This document shows, one piece after another, positions 13,205 to 24,655 of a stretch of 64,000 bases of DNA. The notes below the pieces were generated by a model. The model did not search any database. It was not told the origin of the DNA and saw only the letters and a program-made list of their open reading frames with translations. The stretch spans positions 23,569 through 87,568 of the forward strand of contig JAQIBS010000020.1 in assembly GCA_027858965.1 (NCBI GenBank). The letters are read 5' to 3'. The translations under genes and the position numbers were made by a program. Numbering within the stretch: the stretch's first letter is position 1; each line of letters opens with the position of its first letter. Source of the DNA: Kiritimatiellia bacterium (GTDB taxonomy: Bacteria; Verrucomicrobiota; Kiritimatiellia; RFP12; UBA1067).

Positions 13205-13264
13205 ACCTAAAGCCTAACAGCCTAAAGCCTAACAGCCTAACAGCCTAACAGCCTAACAGCCTCA
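13205..13264. repeat. tandem octamer array (CCTAACAG/CCTAAAG)x8
   Basis: cctaaagcctaacagcctaaagcctaacagcctaacagcctaacagcctaacagcctcagc overlapping the purL stop codon. Confidence 0.9.
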
Positions 13265-16200
13265 GCAACTACTAACGAAGCTATGTGCATTATTAAACAT
13301 ACGCATCCAGGGACCTGCTTCATCCGTAAACATATCAGCCGGTTTGTAGGAGAGCTGTGCAGACCTGAATCCACGCTCAGGATGTGGCATCATGATTGTG
13401 ACACGTCCATCGGTGGTGGTGAAACCGGTCAACCCGTCCTTGGAACCATTAGGATTCCAGGGATAGCGCTCTGTGGCAGCACCATTGCCATCCACAAAAC
13501 GCAGAGAGGCCAAAGCATCTGCCTCATTTGCAGCACTGCAGAATTCAGCACGTCCCTCACCATGCGCTACGGCAATCGGTATCCGGGAACCCTGCATCCC
13601 TTTAAGAAGAACAGATGGTGAATCCAACACCTCAACGGTGGCATAACGCCCCTCAAACTGCTCTGAGATATTACGTTTGAACTGCGGCCAGTGTTCAGCA
13701 CCGGGAACAATGTCCTTTAGCTGAGATACCATCTGACATCCATTACAGACACCCAATGTAAATGTATTGGGACGCTGGAAGAAATTCTTAAATATATCCG
13801 CAAGTCTGGCATTATAGAGAATGCTGCGAGCCCAACCAGAGCCAGCCCCGAGAACATCACCATAGGAGAATCCGCCACAGGCAACCAGTCCGCTGAATTT
13901 ATCCAAATCAAGGCACCCACTCAAAAGGTCGGTCATGTGAACATCAACCGCATCAAATCCCGCCAGGGAGAATGCAGCCGCCATCTCAACATGTCCATTG
14001 ATCCCCTGCTCACGCAGGATAGCCATCTTAGGTTTCTCACATACCATTTCAACTGAACCAGCTGCTTCATTTTCATCGGGGCTGTACGTTAAATTGAATT
14101 GCATTCCGGGATCGCTCTCATCCAGGCCGTTGTCAAACTCCTGCCAGGCGCAGTCAGGATTATCGCGCAACGCCTGCATGCGACAGGTCAAAGACGACCA
14201 TTTGCGACGCAGCCAGGTGATATTTGTATCAATCACAATCTCGTCCTGCACTGAGATCTTGAAATCCCTGTTTTCCGAAACAGACCCAATAGTTGAAACA
14301 ACTCCATCCGCAAGACCATACTTGGCTAGAATTGCAAGCACCTGATCAACCTTATCGGCCGCAACCTGCACCACCGCACCCAGTTCCTCGCTGAAGAGAG
14401 CGGCCAGTGAATCCTCACCCGGCAGGGATGCACTAACTCCACGACCACCAGTGAATGCCATCTCAGCCAAAGTTACCACCAAGCCGCCATCGGAGCGGTC
14501 ATGATAGGCCAGAATAAGTTCATTCAGCACCAGTTCCTGCATGGCCTCAAAGAAAGATTTGAGCAATTTCGGATCATTAATATCCGCTGTCTGATTACCC
14601 ACCTGATTATAAACCTGCGCCAGAGCACTTGCCCCAAGGCGGTTAGCCCCTTTGCCCAGATCAATCATAAGCAACCGGGAGTCGCCCTGTTTTAAATTGG
14701 GTGTAACACTCTTACGCACATCCTCGACTGTGGCAAAGGCAGTAACAATCAAACTGAGAGGCGCCATCTGCTTGTGACTAACACCGGCTTTATCCTCCCA
14801 CACGGTACGCATTGAAAGCGAATCTTTACCAACCGGGATAGAAACACCCAGCGGAGGACAGAACTCCATTCCAACGGCCTGAACAGTATCAAAGAGACGG
14901 GCATCTTCACCATCCTCACCGCAGGCACACATCCAGTTAGCAGAGAGCTTAATATTGCCAATAGGGCCGATACGACTGCAGGCAATATTGGTTATGGCTT
15001 CTCCAACGGCCATACGAGAGGAGGCAGGACCGTCAACCAGCGCCACGGGTGTGCGTTCGCCGGTGGCCATTGTTTCACCGGTATAGGCTTTGTACCCGGT
15101 GATGGTGACAGCAGAGTCGGCAACCGGCAGCTGATATGGACCAACCATCTGATCGCGACAGACCATACCGGTAACAGTTCTATCGGTAATTGTAATTAAA
15201 AATGTCTTATCGGCAACAGCGGGAAGTAACAGAACCCGTTCCAGAGCATCCATCGGCGTAATACCATCCAGAGCCAGATCAGGCGGAGTGTTATCCACAC
15301 GCACCACATCACGCAGCATCTTAGGCGGTTTGCTCAGAAGCACGTTGATATCCATATCAATCGGTGTATCATTAAAGTGAGTATCTTTCAGAACCAGTCG
15401 CTGATCATCACCTGCCACACCAATAAAGGCAGCCAGGCAGCGTTCACGTTTACAGAGGTTCTCAAACATCTCGCGATTCTCCGGGGCAATGGCCAGAACA
15501 TAGCGCTCCTGAGCTTCGCAACACCAGATCTCCATTGGATTCATCGACATTTCTTCGTTGTTGACCGCACGCAGATCAAAGGTCGCTCCGGTCTCTTCAA
15601 CCAGCTCTGGGCATCCATTCGACAAACCACCGGCACCGATATCGTGAATGCTTACAATCGGATTATTAGAGCCCATGGCCACACAGGCATCAATGACTTC
15701 CTGACACCTGCGTTCAACCTCGGCATTGCCACGCTGTACAGAGTCGAAGTCCAGAGATTCATCATTACTGCCGGTATCCATAGAAGAGGCCGCGCCTCCA
15801 CCCAATCCAATACGCATGGCAGGACCGCCCAGCTGAACAATCAAATTGCCGGGCTGCAGCTCCTTTTTATAAACATGTTCACGCAAGATATTACCCATAC
15901 CGCCAGCCAGCATAATGGGCTTGTGATAACCGATAAAACGATTGGCAACCATCTCCTCAAAGGTACGGAAGAAACCACAGAGCTGCGGACGTCCAAACTC
16001 ATTACCAAAAGAAGCCCCGCCGATGGGACCCTCCATCATAATCGAAAGCGGAGATGCCAGGCGTCCGGGAAACTCAGCGTAATCTTTCTCCCAGGGCATT
16101 GCAAATCCAGGCACATGTAGGTCGGAGACCATAAATCCGGAGAGCCCCGCCTTTGTTTTGGAGCCGGTACCAGTAGCAGCTTCATCACGGATTTCGCCGC

Positions 16201-17140
16201 CCACACCTGTGGCAGCTCCGGGGAATGGTGATATCGCTGTGGGATGGTTATGCGTCTCCACCTTCATCAGCATATCAATCTGATCCTCTTCAAAATGATA
16301 CTGCTTACTAGCACCATCAATAGCAAAGGCTAACCCCTTATAACCTTCCATGACGCCAGAGTTATCGGAGTAAGCCACCAGAGTGCCATCAGGGTTGCAC
16401 TTATGCGTATTCTTAATCATGTTGAAAAGGGTCATATCCTTTTCATCACCATCCACAATCCAGGAGGCATTAAAGATCTTGTGTCGACAGTGTTCAGAGT
16501 TTACCTGGCCAAACATCACCAGCTCGGTATCGGTCGGATTACGGCCCGCTCCTGTATAGCTATCAGAGAGATATTCAATCTCATCCTCGCTCAGAGCAAG
16601 GCCCATATCCTGATTGGCCTTTTTCAAAGCGTCAACACCCTCAGCCAGAACATCAAAGACCTTGCCTTCAGCAGGAGGACGATGAACAAAAATATCATCC
16701 AAATTCAGATAAACACCCTCGGTCATCTTATCATGCAGAACATCAAATGCCTTTTCCAGATCGGCCAGAGCGATCTCGGTGCCATCCAGGGTTATGACCA
16801 GATGCATACCGCGTTCAACACGCTTGATCCCATTGATAGCGCAATTCCTGAAAATATCGGTGGCCTTAGATGACCATGGAGAGATAGTGCCCTTACGCGG
16901 TGTAATATAAAGTCCCCTTTTAAAACCGTCAAAGCTCTCCGCCCCCAACAAGGCGCAGGAGCGTTCCATGGTCAGCTCATCCAGCTCCCCCTCTTTCTCC
17001 AGAAGATATACATAATTTGAAACAACATTCAGCTCTCCGGAACAACCGAGAGCCTCCTGCATTGTTTTAATCAATGCGTCCAGTCGAAACTGAGAAAATA
17101 CGGGAATTCCCTTTAACATTAGCGGTGTCATATATATCAA
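13262..17140 (-). CDS. purL: phosphoribosylformylglycinamidine synthase, single-chain large form
   Basis: 1292 aa, the length of E. coli-type PurL; AIR-synthase-like repeats and a C-terminal glutamine amidotransferase (GVCNGCQ) recognisable. Confidence 0.9.
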   Translation of the reverse strand: MIYMTPLMLKGIPVFSQFRLDALIKTMQEALGCSGELNVVSNYVYLLEKEGELDELTMERSCALLGAESFDGFKRGLYITPRKGTISPWSSKATDIFRNCAINGIKRVERGMHLVITLDGTEIALADLEKAFDVLHDKMTEGVYLNLDDIFVHRPPAEGKVFDVLAEGVDALKKANQDMGLALSEDEIEYLSDSYTGAGRNPTDTELVMFGQVNSEHCRHKIFNASWIVDGDEKDMTLFNMIKNTHKCNPDGTLVAYSDNSGVMEGYKGLAFAIDGASKQYHFEEDQIDMLMKVETHNHPTAISPFPGAATGVGGEIRDEAATGTGSKTKAGLSGFMVSDLHVPGFAMPWEKDYAEFPGRLASPLSIMMEGPIGGASFGNEFGRPQLCGFFRTFEEMVANRFIGYHKPIMLAGGMGNILREHVYKKELQPGNLIVQLGGPAMRIGLGGGAASSMDTGSNDESLDFDSVQRGNAEVERRCQEVIDACVAMGSNNPIVSIHDIGAGGLSNGCPELVEETGATFDLRAVNNEEMSMNPMEIWCCEAQERYVLAIAPENREMFENLCKRERCLAAFIGVAGDDQRLVLKDTHFNDTPIDMDINVLLSKPPKMLRDVVRVDNTPPDLALDGITPMDALERVLLLPAVADKTFLITITDRTVTGMVCRDQMVGPYQLPVADSAVTITGYKAYTGETMATGERTPVALVDGPASSRMAVGEAITNIACSRIGPIGNIKLSANWMCACGEDGEDARLFDTVQAVGMEFCPPLGVSIPVGKDSLSMRTVWEDKAGVSHKQMAPLSLIVTAFATVEDVRKSVTPNLKQGDSRLLMIDLGKGANRLGASALAQVYNQVGNQTADINDPKLLKSFFEAMQELVLNELILAYHDRSDGGLVVTLAEMAFTGGRGVSASLPGEDSLAALFSEELGAVVQVAADKVDQVLAILAKYGLADGVVSTIGSVSENRDFKISVQDEIVIDTNITWLRRKWSSLTCRMQALRDNPDCAWQEFDNGLDESDPGMQFNLTYSPDENEAAGSVEMVCEKPKMAILREQGINGHVEMAAAFSLAGFDAVDVHMTDLLSGCLDLDKFSGLVACGGFSYGDVLGAGSGWARSILYNARLADIFKNFFQRPNTFTLGVCNGCQMVSQLKDIVPGAEHWPQFKRNISEQFEGRYATVEVLDSPSVLLKGMQGSRIPIAVAHGEGRAEFCSAANEADALASLRFVDGNGAATERYPWNPNGSKDGLTGFTTTDGRVTIMMPHPERGFRSAQLSYKPADMFTDEAGPWMRMFNNAHSFVSSC

Positions 17141-17459
17141 TCCTCAATAAGGGCTTAACACCCATTAACTCACTGTGAAATCAGGAGAAACAAACACAGG
17201 TAATTTATCATTTTTTAAACTTCCAACACAAGCAAACGAAGAGTATATTTGTATTATTACTGATTCAAGCTTTGCCCACAAGCCAAAAGCCTACACCACG
17301 AAGAACACAAAGAGCACGAAGTTGGACGGATAAATTAATAATTCCTTCGTGGCCTTAGTGAACTTCATGGTTAAAAATGTAGCATTGGTCAACCTTTTCA
17401 ACCATTTTAACAGTCGTAAAAGCCGCTTAGGATATTACGTCAGAAAGATGTAAATAAAC

Positions 17460-18089
17460 ATGAATAAAACTCAATTCAAGGTGATTGTCAGCGCATTGCT
17501 GATAACAACAGCCACTGCCATTGCAGAGACAAAAGCCGACTTTGTTGATATGTTCAACGGCAAAGACCTGACTGGCTGGCAGACAACCGGCAACTGGGTT
17601 ATGGAGAAAGATAATGTCGTCACCCTCAAGCCCAGAGCCGGTGAGGAGGGCTGGAAACGCTACGATGCCTACATCCGAACTGAACGCAAATATAAAGATT
17701 TCATTCTCGATCTTGAATTCAAATTCAACAAACAGGGAAACTCCGGTGTATTTCTACGAATTGGCGATATTAAAGACCACGTTACCAGCGGCATGGAGGT
17801 CCAGATTCTCGATACGTACGGCAAGAAAAACCCGGGTCCGCACGACTGCGGAGGTCTGATCAAAACCATAGGCCCCTCCAAAAACATGGTCAAGCCGGCA
17901 GGTGAGTGGAACCGCTATACAATAACGATGAAAGGCAACTCTCTTAAGGTGGTCCAGAACGGCGAACAGATCATTGATATTGATCTCAGCAAAAGTGCAA
18001 TGAAAGACCGGCCTCTCGAGGGCTACATCAGCTTTCAGGATGAAGCCAAACGCATCTGGTACCGCAACGTACAAATCAAAGAGCTTTAA
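17460..18089 (+). CDS. DUF1080 (3-keto-disaccharide hydrolase-like, LamG fold) secreted protein
   Basis: signal peptide; GWQTTGNWVMEKDNVVTLKP ... YISFQDEAKRIWYRNVQIKEL typical DUF1080 termini. Confidence 0.7.
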   Translation: MNKTQFKVIVSALLITTATAIAETKADFVDMFNGKDLTGWQTTGNWVMEKDNVVTLKPRAGEEGWKRYDAYIRTERKYKDFILDLEFKFNKQGNSGVFLRIGDIKDHVTSGMEVQILDTYGKKNPGPHDCGGLIKTIGPSKNMVKPAGEWNRYTITMKGNSLKVVQNGEQIIDIDLSKSAMKDRPLEGYISFQDEAKRIWYRNVQIKEL

Positions 18090-18271
18090 CAATATCCAAT
18101 ATTCAATATCCAACCGAACAAGTAAAAAGGCGGCAGAGCGGCAACAAAATTCATGATCTAAATACGGAATCACTCTTCTGAACAATTTCAGGCGCAGCCT
18201 GCTAATAAATCGGCCCTCCATAATGCTATTCCGCGCAGCGGAATCGTATAATTCGGTGCGCCGAATTATTT

Positions 18272-19744
18272 TTAGTATTTCTGCAAAATATCCAGCATTT
18301 CACGATCAAGTTTGCAGCCTTTAAAATCCTCGTACTCCACATCCTCACGTCCGCTATCGATAATCCCGTAAGGACCTCGAAAATCCCGTAGAGCCCAGCC
18401 GATATCGGCCATCTTCCAGATCTTGAGATAATCCTCCATCCATTTCAACGTCACCTTGTGAGGAGTGCGGTTATAGGCACCGAATTCACCTACAAAAACA
18501 AAGTGCCCGGCTTTGCGCTCCTTCTCCCAAGGGGATGTCAGGATATCCCTCAAATAGGCCACTCCTCCATGCACCCGGTCCGACTTAAAAGTCTGATAGG
18601 CATCAAAACCGTTGAATGTAATCACGGAGTTGGTTTTACCCCAGGCATTTTCAAATGAAAGCACCGCCTGCTTAAAATCTGGACTCTGCAGATAGATCTG
18701 ATCTATCTCTGCCCAGTCACCCGCACTTACAGAGAGCGTCACAGTGCTCTTATCATGCTTGATATCCAACTCCAGCGTCCGGTTATATTTACCCTGCACC
18801 AACCCCCAGTCAGGAATGTCCTTAACATCACTCCACCCTGAGCCCTTGCCAGCATGCAGAGGATACATCTTCAGATAATCATCATTAACAGCAACCTGCA
18901 GGTCAACATCACCAGAAACCATCCCCGGTTTAATGATAAAACGACAGGCAGGAATATTCTTTAATATAAGAGGAACATTCAAGGGTGCCTTTTGCGGAGC
19001 CAGCAACGGACTGACCGCACCAGAGGGAGGCCATGAAGGCAAACGAGTAGGATTACCGGCCCACTCCGCGCGATAATGCGAAAGGCCATGAGGTTCATAC
19101 CCTCTGGTGCCAAGCCCAATACCATACTCTAACAGCTCCGGCGCAACCTTGCGTCCCCACTCTAATCCATCTGTAATAATTAAACGCTGCGGATTTTGCA
19201 CCTGAACCGATTTAACCAACGCACTGACCACTCTTGTATAATTTGTATCCGCAACTTTATCGGATGGTTCATTGATAAGATTAAAACTGAGATACTCAAC
19301 GGCTTTATGCTTATAGCGTGCTGCCAGATAACTCCAGTGCTGCGTACAGACCTTCAATGCCTCATCATCAGTAAAGAGATCCTTCTCTTCAGGCGGATCA
19401 ATTGAGACATATCCCGGAGCCCGGTGCATGCAGAGCATAACATGCAACTCATGCCGGTTAGCCCATACAATGGCCTGATCCAGAGGTTTAAAGGCATCCC
19501 CGTCAATCTTCTGCCAATCATCATCCTTAACCCAGAAACGATAATCCAGAGGAATACGGACAAAGTTAAAACCCAGTTCATGGATCAACTCAAAATCCTG
19601 CTCTACAAAATATCCGGGAGAGGCACCCAGAACCATCATCCCGGTAAGATTAAAACCACGCCAACGCTCTTTCGGTCGCCATGGGTCAGCGTGAAGAGAT
19701 GCAGTAACAAACACTGCAAAAAGCAGAATAACAATACGCTTCAT
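18272..19744 (-). CDS. glycoside hydrolase family 5
   Basis: GFNFVRIPLDYRFW and FNLINEPS (GH5 NEP catalytic acid/base motif); signal peptide. Confidence 0.65.
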   Translation of the reverse strand: MKRIVILLFAVFVTASLHADPWRPKERWRGFNLTGMMVLGASPGYFVEQDFELIHELGFNFVRIPLDYRFWVKDDDWQKIDGDAFKPLDQAIVWANRHELHVMLCMHRAPGYVSIDPPEEKDLFTDDEALKVCTQHWSYLAARYKHKAVEYLSFNLINEPSDKVADTNYTRVVSALVKSVQVQNPQRLIITDGLEWGRKVAPELLEYGIGLGTRGYEPHGLSHYRAEWAGNPTRLPSWPPSGAVSPLLAPQKAPLNVPLILKNIPACRFIIKPGMVSGDVDLQVAVNDDYLKMYPLHAGKGSGWSDVKDIPDWGLVQGKYNRTLELDIKHDKSTVTLSVSAGDWAEIDQIYLQSPDFKQAVLSFENAWGKTNSVITFNGFDAYQTFKSDRVHGGVAYLRDILTSPWEKERKAGHFVFVGEFGAYNRTPHKVTLKWMEDYLKIWKMADIGWALRDFRGPYGIIDSGREDVEYEDFKGCKLDREMLDILQKY

Positions 19745-19890
19745 AGATATCCCCCATTTCAGGTGTCAGGCGTCCCGCCTTCGCCCGCAAGCGGGGCTAC
19801 GGCGAGGCAAGCAGTCGTCAGGTGTTAGTGAAAATTGAAATGCAGCATCAGTTCACTGTCAACTGCAATCTGCACACAGCAAACTGCTCA

Positions 19891-19985
19891 CTGTAAACTG
19901 TAAACTGTAGACTGTAGACTGTAGACTGTAAACTGTAGACTGTAGACTGTAGACTGTAGACTGTAAACTGTAAACTGTACACTGT
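19891..19985. repeat. tandem octamer array (ACTGTAGA/ACTGTAAA)x~12
   Basis: ctgtaaactgtaaactgtagactgtagactgtagactgtaaactgtagactg... immediately 3' of the 19985-20950 gene. Confidence 0.9.
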
Positions 19986-20950
19986 CATCTGATTTCAAGC
20001 TCATCCCCTTTATCAACCAACTCATGCAGATGCAGACGTTCATCCGGCGAATTATTCGGCTGGTGCAGCGCCACCATGAGCTTTCCATCAAATGTTTTAA
20101 AGATCATACCATGCCCCCCGTTCTTGCGGTAGATCACCCGTTGCTCGTTCCAGGGACCACAGACCTTACCCGACTCAGAATGCGTCAGCACAATGCAGTA
20201 TCCTTTGCCGGGAATATGAGTAGACCAGATCATAAACAGCCGGTCGCTTTTCGGACTGCGATAGAGAAAACAGCCATCGGTCACCTTACCCCGCTTCGGG
20301 TCCTTAATACTTCCAGGGGCATCGCTCGCCTTAAAAAGCAGTTTAGGTTTTCCTACCGGAGCGGCAAGATCATCCTGTAGTTCCACAACATCCATAGTGC
20401 CGTCAATGGTCTGCACCCACTCATGACAGAAGATCATATAGGGCGTACCATCCTCAATATGCAGCGTGCCATCCAGTGCCATCCACCCTGCAGGTGTATG
20501 CGGACCTTTCTTAACCGGTTTGAAAGAGCCCTCAAGAGATTCACTAACATAGATGTGAGTTCCCCGTCGATTCATCGGCGGCCAACTCTTCTCATCAATT
20601 GGCTTCTTTTCTAACAATTTCTTATGATAGGTCAGTGTAACAAACAAGTAGTACTTGCCATTATACGCATGCACCTCCGGAGCCCAGACAAATCTGATCT
20701 TTTCAGGATTCCTAAGTTTCAGCACCGGTTTCGGCGGATTCCAGTTCTGCAGGTCCTTGCTGGTATAAACCTCAACTCCTTTAAAATCGCTGCCGGCACG
20801 GTTAGCCGCCTGCGCATACATGTAATAACTCTGCGTTGATTGATCCGCAACGATAAAGGGATCGCGAATGCGAATATCGGCAGTTTTAATCAGCTCTGCT
20901 GAAGCCGCAAATACGCAAAATAAAACGAGATAGGGAAATATAATTTTCAT
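19985..20950 (-). CDS. glycoside hydrolase, five-bladed beta-propeller (GH43-like)
   Basis: signal peptide; IRDPFIVAD...YYMY N-terminal blade motif typical of GH43 (GH32 and GH130 not excluded). Confidence 0.5.
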   Translation of the reverse strand: MKIIFPYLVLFCVFAASAELIKTADIRIRDPFIVADQSTQSYYMYAQAANRAGSDFKGVEVYTSKDLQNWNPPKPVLKLRNPEKIRFVWAPEVHAYNGKYYLFVTLTYHKKLLEKKPIDEKSWPPMNRRGTHIYVSESLEGSFKPVKKGPHTPAGWMALDGTLHIEDGTPYMIFCHEWVQTIDGTMDVVELQDDLAAPVGKPKLLFKASDAPGSIKDPKRGKVTDGCFLYRSPKSDRLFMIWSTHIPGKGYCIVLTHSESGKVCGPWNEQRVIYRKNGGHGMIFKTFDGKLMVALHQPNNSPDERLHLHELVDKGDELEIR

Positions 20951-21113
20951 ATTATAAAATGTAGTCCAAGAATCCTGCTTGGCATATTATTGAGGCAAGC
21001 AGGATGCTTGCACTACTTTCCTTTGCCGTAATTCATTTTCAGGGATGTTCAACGAAATTGACTTGCTCCTGTTTCTGATCAGGATAATGACTATGATTTA
21101 AGAACAAACCTGC

Positions 21114-21548
21114 TTACCCAACCGGGGTAACACCTTTTTTCAAGATAATGTTGCCGTATTTAGCCAGCTCACCGGTCATAACAACGGCGAAGGCATCCTC
21201 CATCACGCGATCATAAAAGCGGAAACGGTCAATACGTTCAACAGCGGGAACTACATCCAGATTCTTTGCCATTGCAGCAACATAGCGCGTTTCAACTGAG
21301 GGATCAAGCGCATCACCTTCAACCGCAGCCATCATAATCAGCGGAGGCGAGTAGCTATCCAGTTCAAAGAGCGGAATAATTCCTTCGAGCAGTTCAGGGA
21401 TACGCAATCCATCGGCACGTAAAACGTTAGCACACATGGTGTATCCAGGAAAGTGGGCATCAGCCAGAACCAATTCATCGCCATGGCCCATTTCAGCCAT
21501 GATTTTCAGAAGATCAGGAGAGATTAGAGGGGAAATTCCTTTGAGCAT
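21114..21548 (-). CDS. fucU: RbsD/FucU family L-fucose mutarotase / D-ribose pyranase
   Basis: [34 protein letters not shown] is a near-canonical FucU/RbsD N-terminus; the internal Met is used because the ORF-track start adds 47 non-conserved residues. Confidence 0.65.
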   Translation of the reverse strand: MLKGISPLISPDLLKIMAEMGHGDELVLADAHFPGYTMCANVLRADGLRIPELLEGIIPLFELDSYSPPLIMMAAVEGDALDPSVETRYVAAMAKNLDVVPAVERIDRFRFYDRVMEDAFAVVMTGELAKYGNIILKKGVTPVG

Positions 21549-21717
21549 AATTAAATTCCAATTCTTTAGTATTAATAATATTAATATTATACACTTGCGA
21601 GAGTTACGTCGCAATGAAATATCGTCAGGAAATATGTGAAAGAAGTTAGGACATAGATACAATAGATACAGCGCGCGTGTTGGGGTCAAACCTAAAAATA
21701 AAAAATAACGAAAAAAT

Positions 21718-22560
21718 TCATTGGTTACATTGTTCTTCCAAACAAGTTTCGATTTTTTTGACCTTACTCTTCAAAGCATCATCATCTTTCTGAACCTTCA
21801 TCAATTTCCTGATCTGGCTTCCCACCGCCGCACCACTTGATAAATTCAACACCTCAGCTACAGCCCGCTTAGTCATACCAGAGAACCTGCAAAGCATTTG
21901 AGCCGTAACCGGCCGGATCATACACCCCCGCTGACGCGTACAGATATACTCTTTATCAACTCCAAAAACATTACAGACAGCATCAACAACAACATCTGGA
22001 GGAATCGCTTCCACCTGATCTCTGAATGCGGCATCCTTCGGCACTCCGCTCTCTTCAACCAGCGCCTTATACAATCTTCTCACGCGACAATCAAACTCCA
22101 GAGATCCAATCGAATGAGGTGAAGCATCCTTCACCTGCATAAACTCATCATCGCTCTGAGCGATCCCATCCTCAACAAAACTTCTGTATTTCTTACGTGC
22201 AACAGAATCTCCTCTCGCATCAACCATAGCTAGCACCGGTTCATACTCGACAAAATCCAACGCCTTGGACTTATCAACATATCCACCATAGCTACTCCAG
22301 CCATAAGAGTTCAATTTAGCCAGGCGTTTTTCCAAAGATTGCATTTTAACGGTGGCAATACATACCGGGTTCAAATGAACATAGCGTGTGAGAGAAAGCA
22401 GATAAGAGTCACCATCTACAAGTTTCGCCCCGAAACGACCTTGAAACAAATGCCCGGAGTAATTGTTCTTCAGATTGTAATAGACGGTGTAGCCAGTTGT
22501 CAGACTCTGCATAAAACGGCTGATATTACCCAACGGAGTTTCACATACCAGATGAATATG
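21718..22560 (-). pseudogene. Y1 (HUH) IS200-like transposase fused to DnaA-C-like HTH, N-terminally truncated exactly at the HUH motif
   Basis: In-frame read-through upstream of the TTG 'start' gives TAA-HIHLVCETPLGNISRFMQSL...GHLFQGRF...YVHLNPV (HUH, then Y motif); about 55 N-terminal residues expected for the family are absent; the stop lies inside the RIT inverted repeat. Confidence 0.55.
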
Positions 22561-22634
22561 TTATGTAAAGTAACTGATTATGTGAAGTTCATCAACTCTT
22601 TCTCTTTCTAGCCCTTTTATTATACATTTCCCCA

Positions 22635-23663
22635 TTAATTTACTGCACATAATTCTGGTTGTTGAGTGAGCTTTTCAAGCCACCTCAGCATAGATGGTTT
22701 TTTCCAAGGAGGCTTGCTTTTGTCCTTGGGTGCATCGACTGTTTCAAGCATTTTACGCTTCATTTCCATATCTATTTCAACGTACATATGTGTTGTATTC
22801 AAAACCGCATGTCCAAGCCAGTAACTTATCATTGTGATTTCATTATTGGCATGCAGCAGGTGCATGGCGGTGGTGTGCCTGATGCGGTGCGGATTAAGAG
22901 GTTTAGCCTTCAGCGCGGGCTGTTTAACCTGGGCAAGAAAACCATACTTTCGAGTTACATGGCGTATGCCAAAGCGGGTAATGGGGCCTCTATTGGCGTT
23001 GAGAAAGATCTGTTTCGTTTCCGGGTCTTTAGGTGTGCGCTGCCTGATATATGCGTTCAATGCGGTTACTGTTTCCGACCACAGCGGGCAGGACCGATCT
23101 TTATTTCCTTTCCCATGTAATTTAACCTGGGGTGCCTTATTCAGTTGTAAATCAGTAAGTTCGATGCCGATTATTTCGCTGACGCGTGCGCCGGTGTTGT
23201 AAAGAAGCATGAGCAGAGCTTTATCTCGTATGCCTGTGCGGGAGTTTATGTCAACTGCATCTAGAACTGCCTGCATTTCCTCCTCCTTTAGATAATCGAT
23301 GCTTTTATGTCTGGTGCGCTTCAGTGGAATACTTCGAACTTGCTGGCATTGCTCAACAAGGACGGGTTCTTCACGGGCAATGAACGCGAATAAGCTGCGG
23401 ATAGCCGCTAAACGGGCATTACGGGTGTTTGCAGTGCAACCTCTCTCCTGCTCAATGCTATCAAGAAAGCCGAGAACTGTCTTTTCGGTAATATCTTCAA
23501 CATCCAGTTTGTCAACAGAGTGTTTAAGCGTCTCAGCCGCGTAACAGAGTAACAGCTTAGTTGCGTCCCGGTAGGCAAGGATGGTATTGATTGAGAGCTT
23601 TCTTTGTATGGGCAGATAATGGCTGAAAAAACGCTTCAGCAACGGCGCGATGGAATGTGTCAT
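22635..23663 (-). CDS. tyrosine recombinase (RIT third gene, RitC-position)
   Basis: phage-integrase-family catalytic region HRIRHTTAMHLL...GH...T..Y; start overlaps the upstream gene's stop. Confidence 0.75.
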   Translation of the reverse strand: MTHSIAPLLKRFFSHYLPIQRKLSINTILAYRDATKLLLCYAAETLKHSVDKLDVEDITEKTVLGFLDSIEQERGCTANTRNARLAAIRSLFAFIAREEPVLVEQCQQVRSIPLKRTRHKSIDYLKEEEMQAVLDAVDINSRTGIRDKALLMLLYNTGARVSEIIGIELTDLQLNKAPQVKLHGKGNKDRSCPLWSETVTALNAYIRQRTPKDPETKQIFLNANRGPITRFGIRHVTRKYGFLAQVKQPALKAKPLNPHRIRHTTAMHLLHANNEITMISYWLGHAVLNTTHMYVEIDMEMKRKMLETVDAPKDKSKPPWKKPSMLRWLEKLTQQPELCAVN

Positions 23664-24655
23664 GATTGTTCTCCTTCTGATGCGATATGATTGAGGTAAT
23701 GATTATGGAACCGGCGGCTGACTTCACCTTGAAGTTCGGCCGTCGGCTGCAGGTATATCAGTGTCGAGCTGATATCCACATGGCCCATATATGTGGCCAG
23801 CGCAGGCAGCCGGGCATTAATATCTTCGCCGTCCTGATACCAGGCCAGCAGGCGATGAACTGCGAACGTGTGCCTCAAGTCGTGGATGCGCGGCCCGGTA
23901 TCCTTGTGGTAAGCTATATCGCAGGTTTTAAGCACTGTCCTGTACGTGGCGTAGACCGTCGGATGACTCAGCTGCCGGCAACACTCGTTTAGCAGCAGAG
24001 GTGATTCCGGTATATTCGGTTTCTTTTTGCCGCGTTGCTCCAGATACTGCTGCAATGCGTCGCGGGTTGATTCACTTAAAACTATCCAGCGGGCTTTACG
24101 GAACTTTCCCTTGGCAACATAGAGCCGCATCTCTGCCGGAAAGAAGTCCTCGATGTTCAAAGCCATGGCCTCTCCAATCCGGAGTCCAGTACTGTACAAC
24201 AGGCCGAACAGCGTCCAATAGGTTTGCGGGCGTAATGATCCTGTCGGAGTCAGCTGTAAAGAGGCCCGCAATAATGCGGCGACCTCCTCTTTTGTGAAGA
24301 TGTAGGCTCTGTGTGTCTGATGTGACGAGGGAGTACGTAACGCTTCGGGGATATAACTGAGCGGATCACTCAGTGCCAGATATCTGCATAATTGTCGGAC
24401 AACACAGAACCGGTTGCCCTGAGAGCGCGGGGCAAGACCGACGAGTTCTTTCTGATACGAATCGCAGGTCTCACGTGTTATGCGCCTCTGCCATATGTTC
24501 TGTCCGACCAGAAAGTGGTCGAAGTATCCAAGAAGACGGGCCTGGCTGGCATAGTCTGTGCCTGAAAGACATCGGAGTTTGATAAACTTCCCGATCTCTT
24601 CCGCTAAACAACTGCAAAGGGTCCATGCTCTCATGAGAGCACCTCCTTTGGCCAT
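23660..24655 (-). CDS. tyrosine recombinase (RIT second gene, RitB-position)
   Basis: RIHDLRHTFAVHRLL...LATYMGHVDISSTLIYL integrase R-H-R-Y motifs. Confidence 0.75.
   Translation of the reverse strand: MAKGGALMRAWTLCSCLAEEIGKFIKLRCLSGTDYASQARLLGYFDHFLVGQNIWQRRITRETCDSYQKELVGLAPRSQGNRFCVVRQLCRYLALSDPLSYIPEALRTPSSHQTHRAYIFTKEEVAALLRASLQLTPTGSLRPQTYWTLFGLLYSTGLRIGEAMALNIEDFFPAEMRLYVAKGKFRKARWIVLSESTRDALQQYLEQRGKKKPNIPESPLLLNECCRQLSHPTVYATYRTVLKTCDIAYHKDTGPRIHDLRHTFAVHRLLAWYQDGEDINARLPALATYMGHVDISSTLIYLQPTAELQGEVSRRFHNHYLNHIASEGEQS

Noticed and set aside
13205-13264. Tandem octamer arrays considered as possible CRISPR arrays (also at 19891, 34543, 58580)
   Set aside because: Units are 7-8 bp and directly abutting, with no spacers. 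There are no cas genes nearby and no repeat of CRISPR length (24-48 bp) separated by unique spacers.
15377-16120. 247-aa plus-strand ORF and several other 60-150-aa ORFs inside purL (13283-13621, 13998-14345, 16403-16873)
   Set aside because: They lie entirely within, and antisense to, the 1292-aa purL reading frame, which has a clear full-length homology pattern. They are shadow ORFs.
20024-20839. Four plus-strand ORFs (63-118 aa) opposite the GH43-like gene
   Set aside because: Antisense shadow ORFs within a gene with a recognisable glycosidase fold signature.
21549-21689. 47-codon N-terminal extension on the FucU ORF in the ORF track
   Set aside because: FucU/RbsD proteins are about 140-150 aa and start at the MLKGIS... 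position. The extension is AT-rich, hydrophobic and unconserved in appearance.
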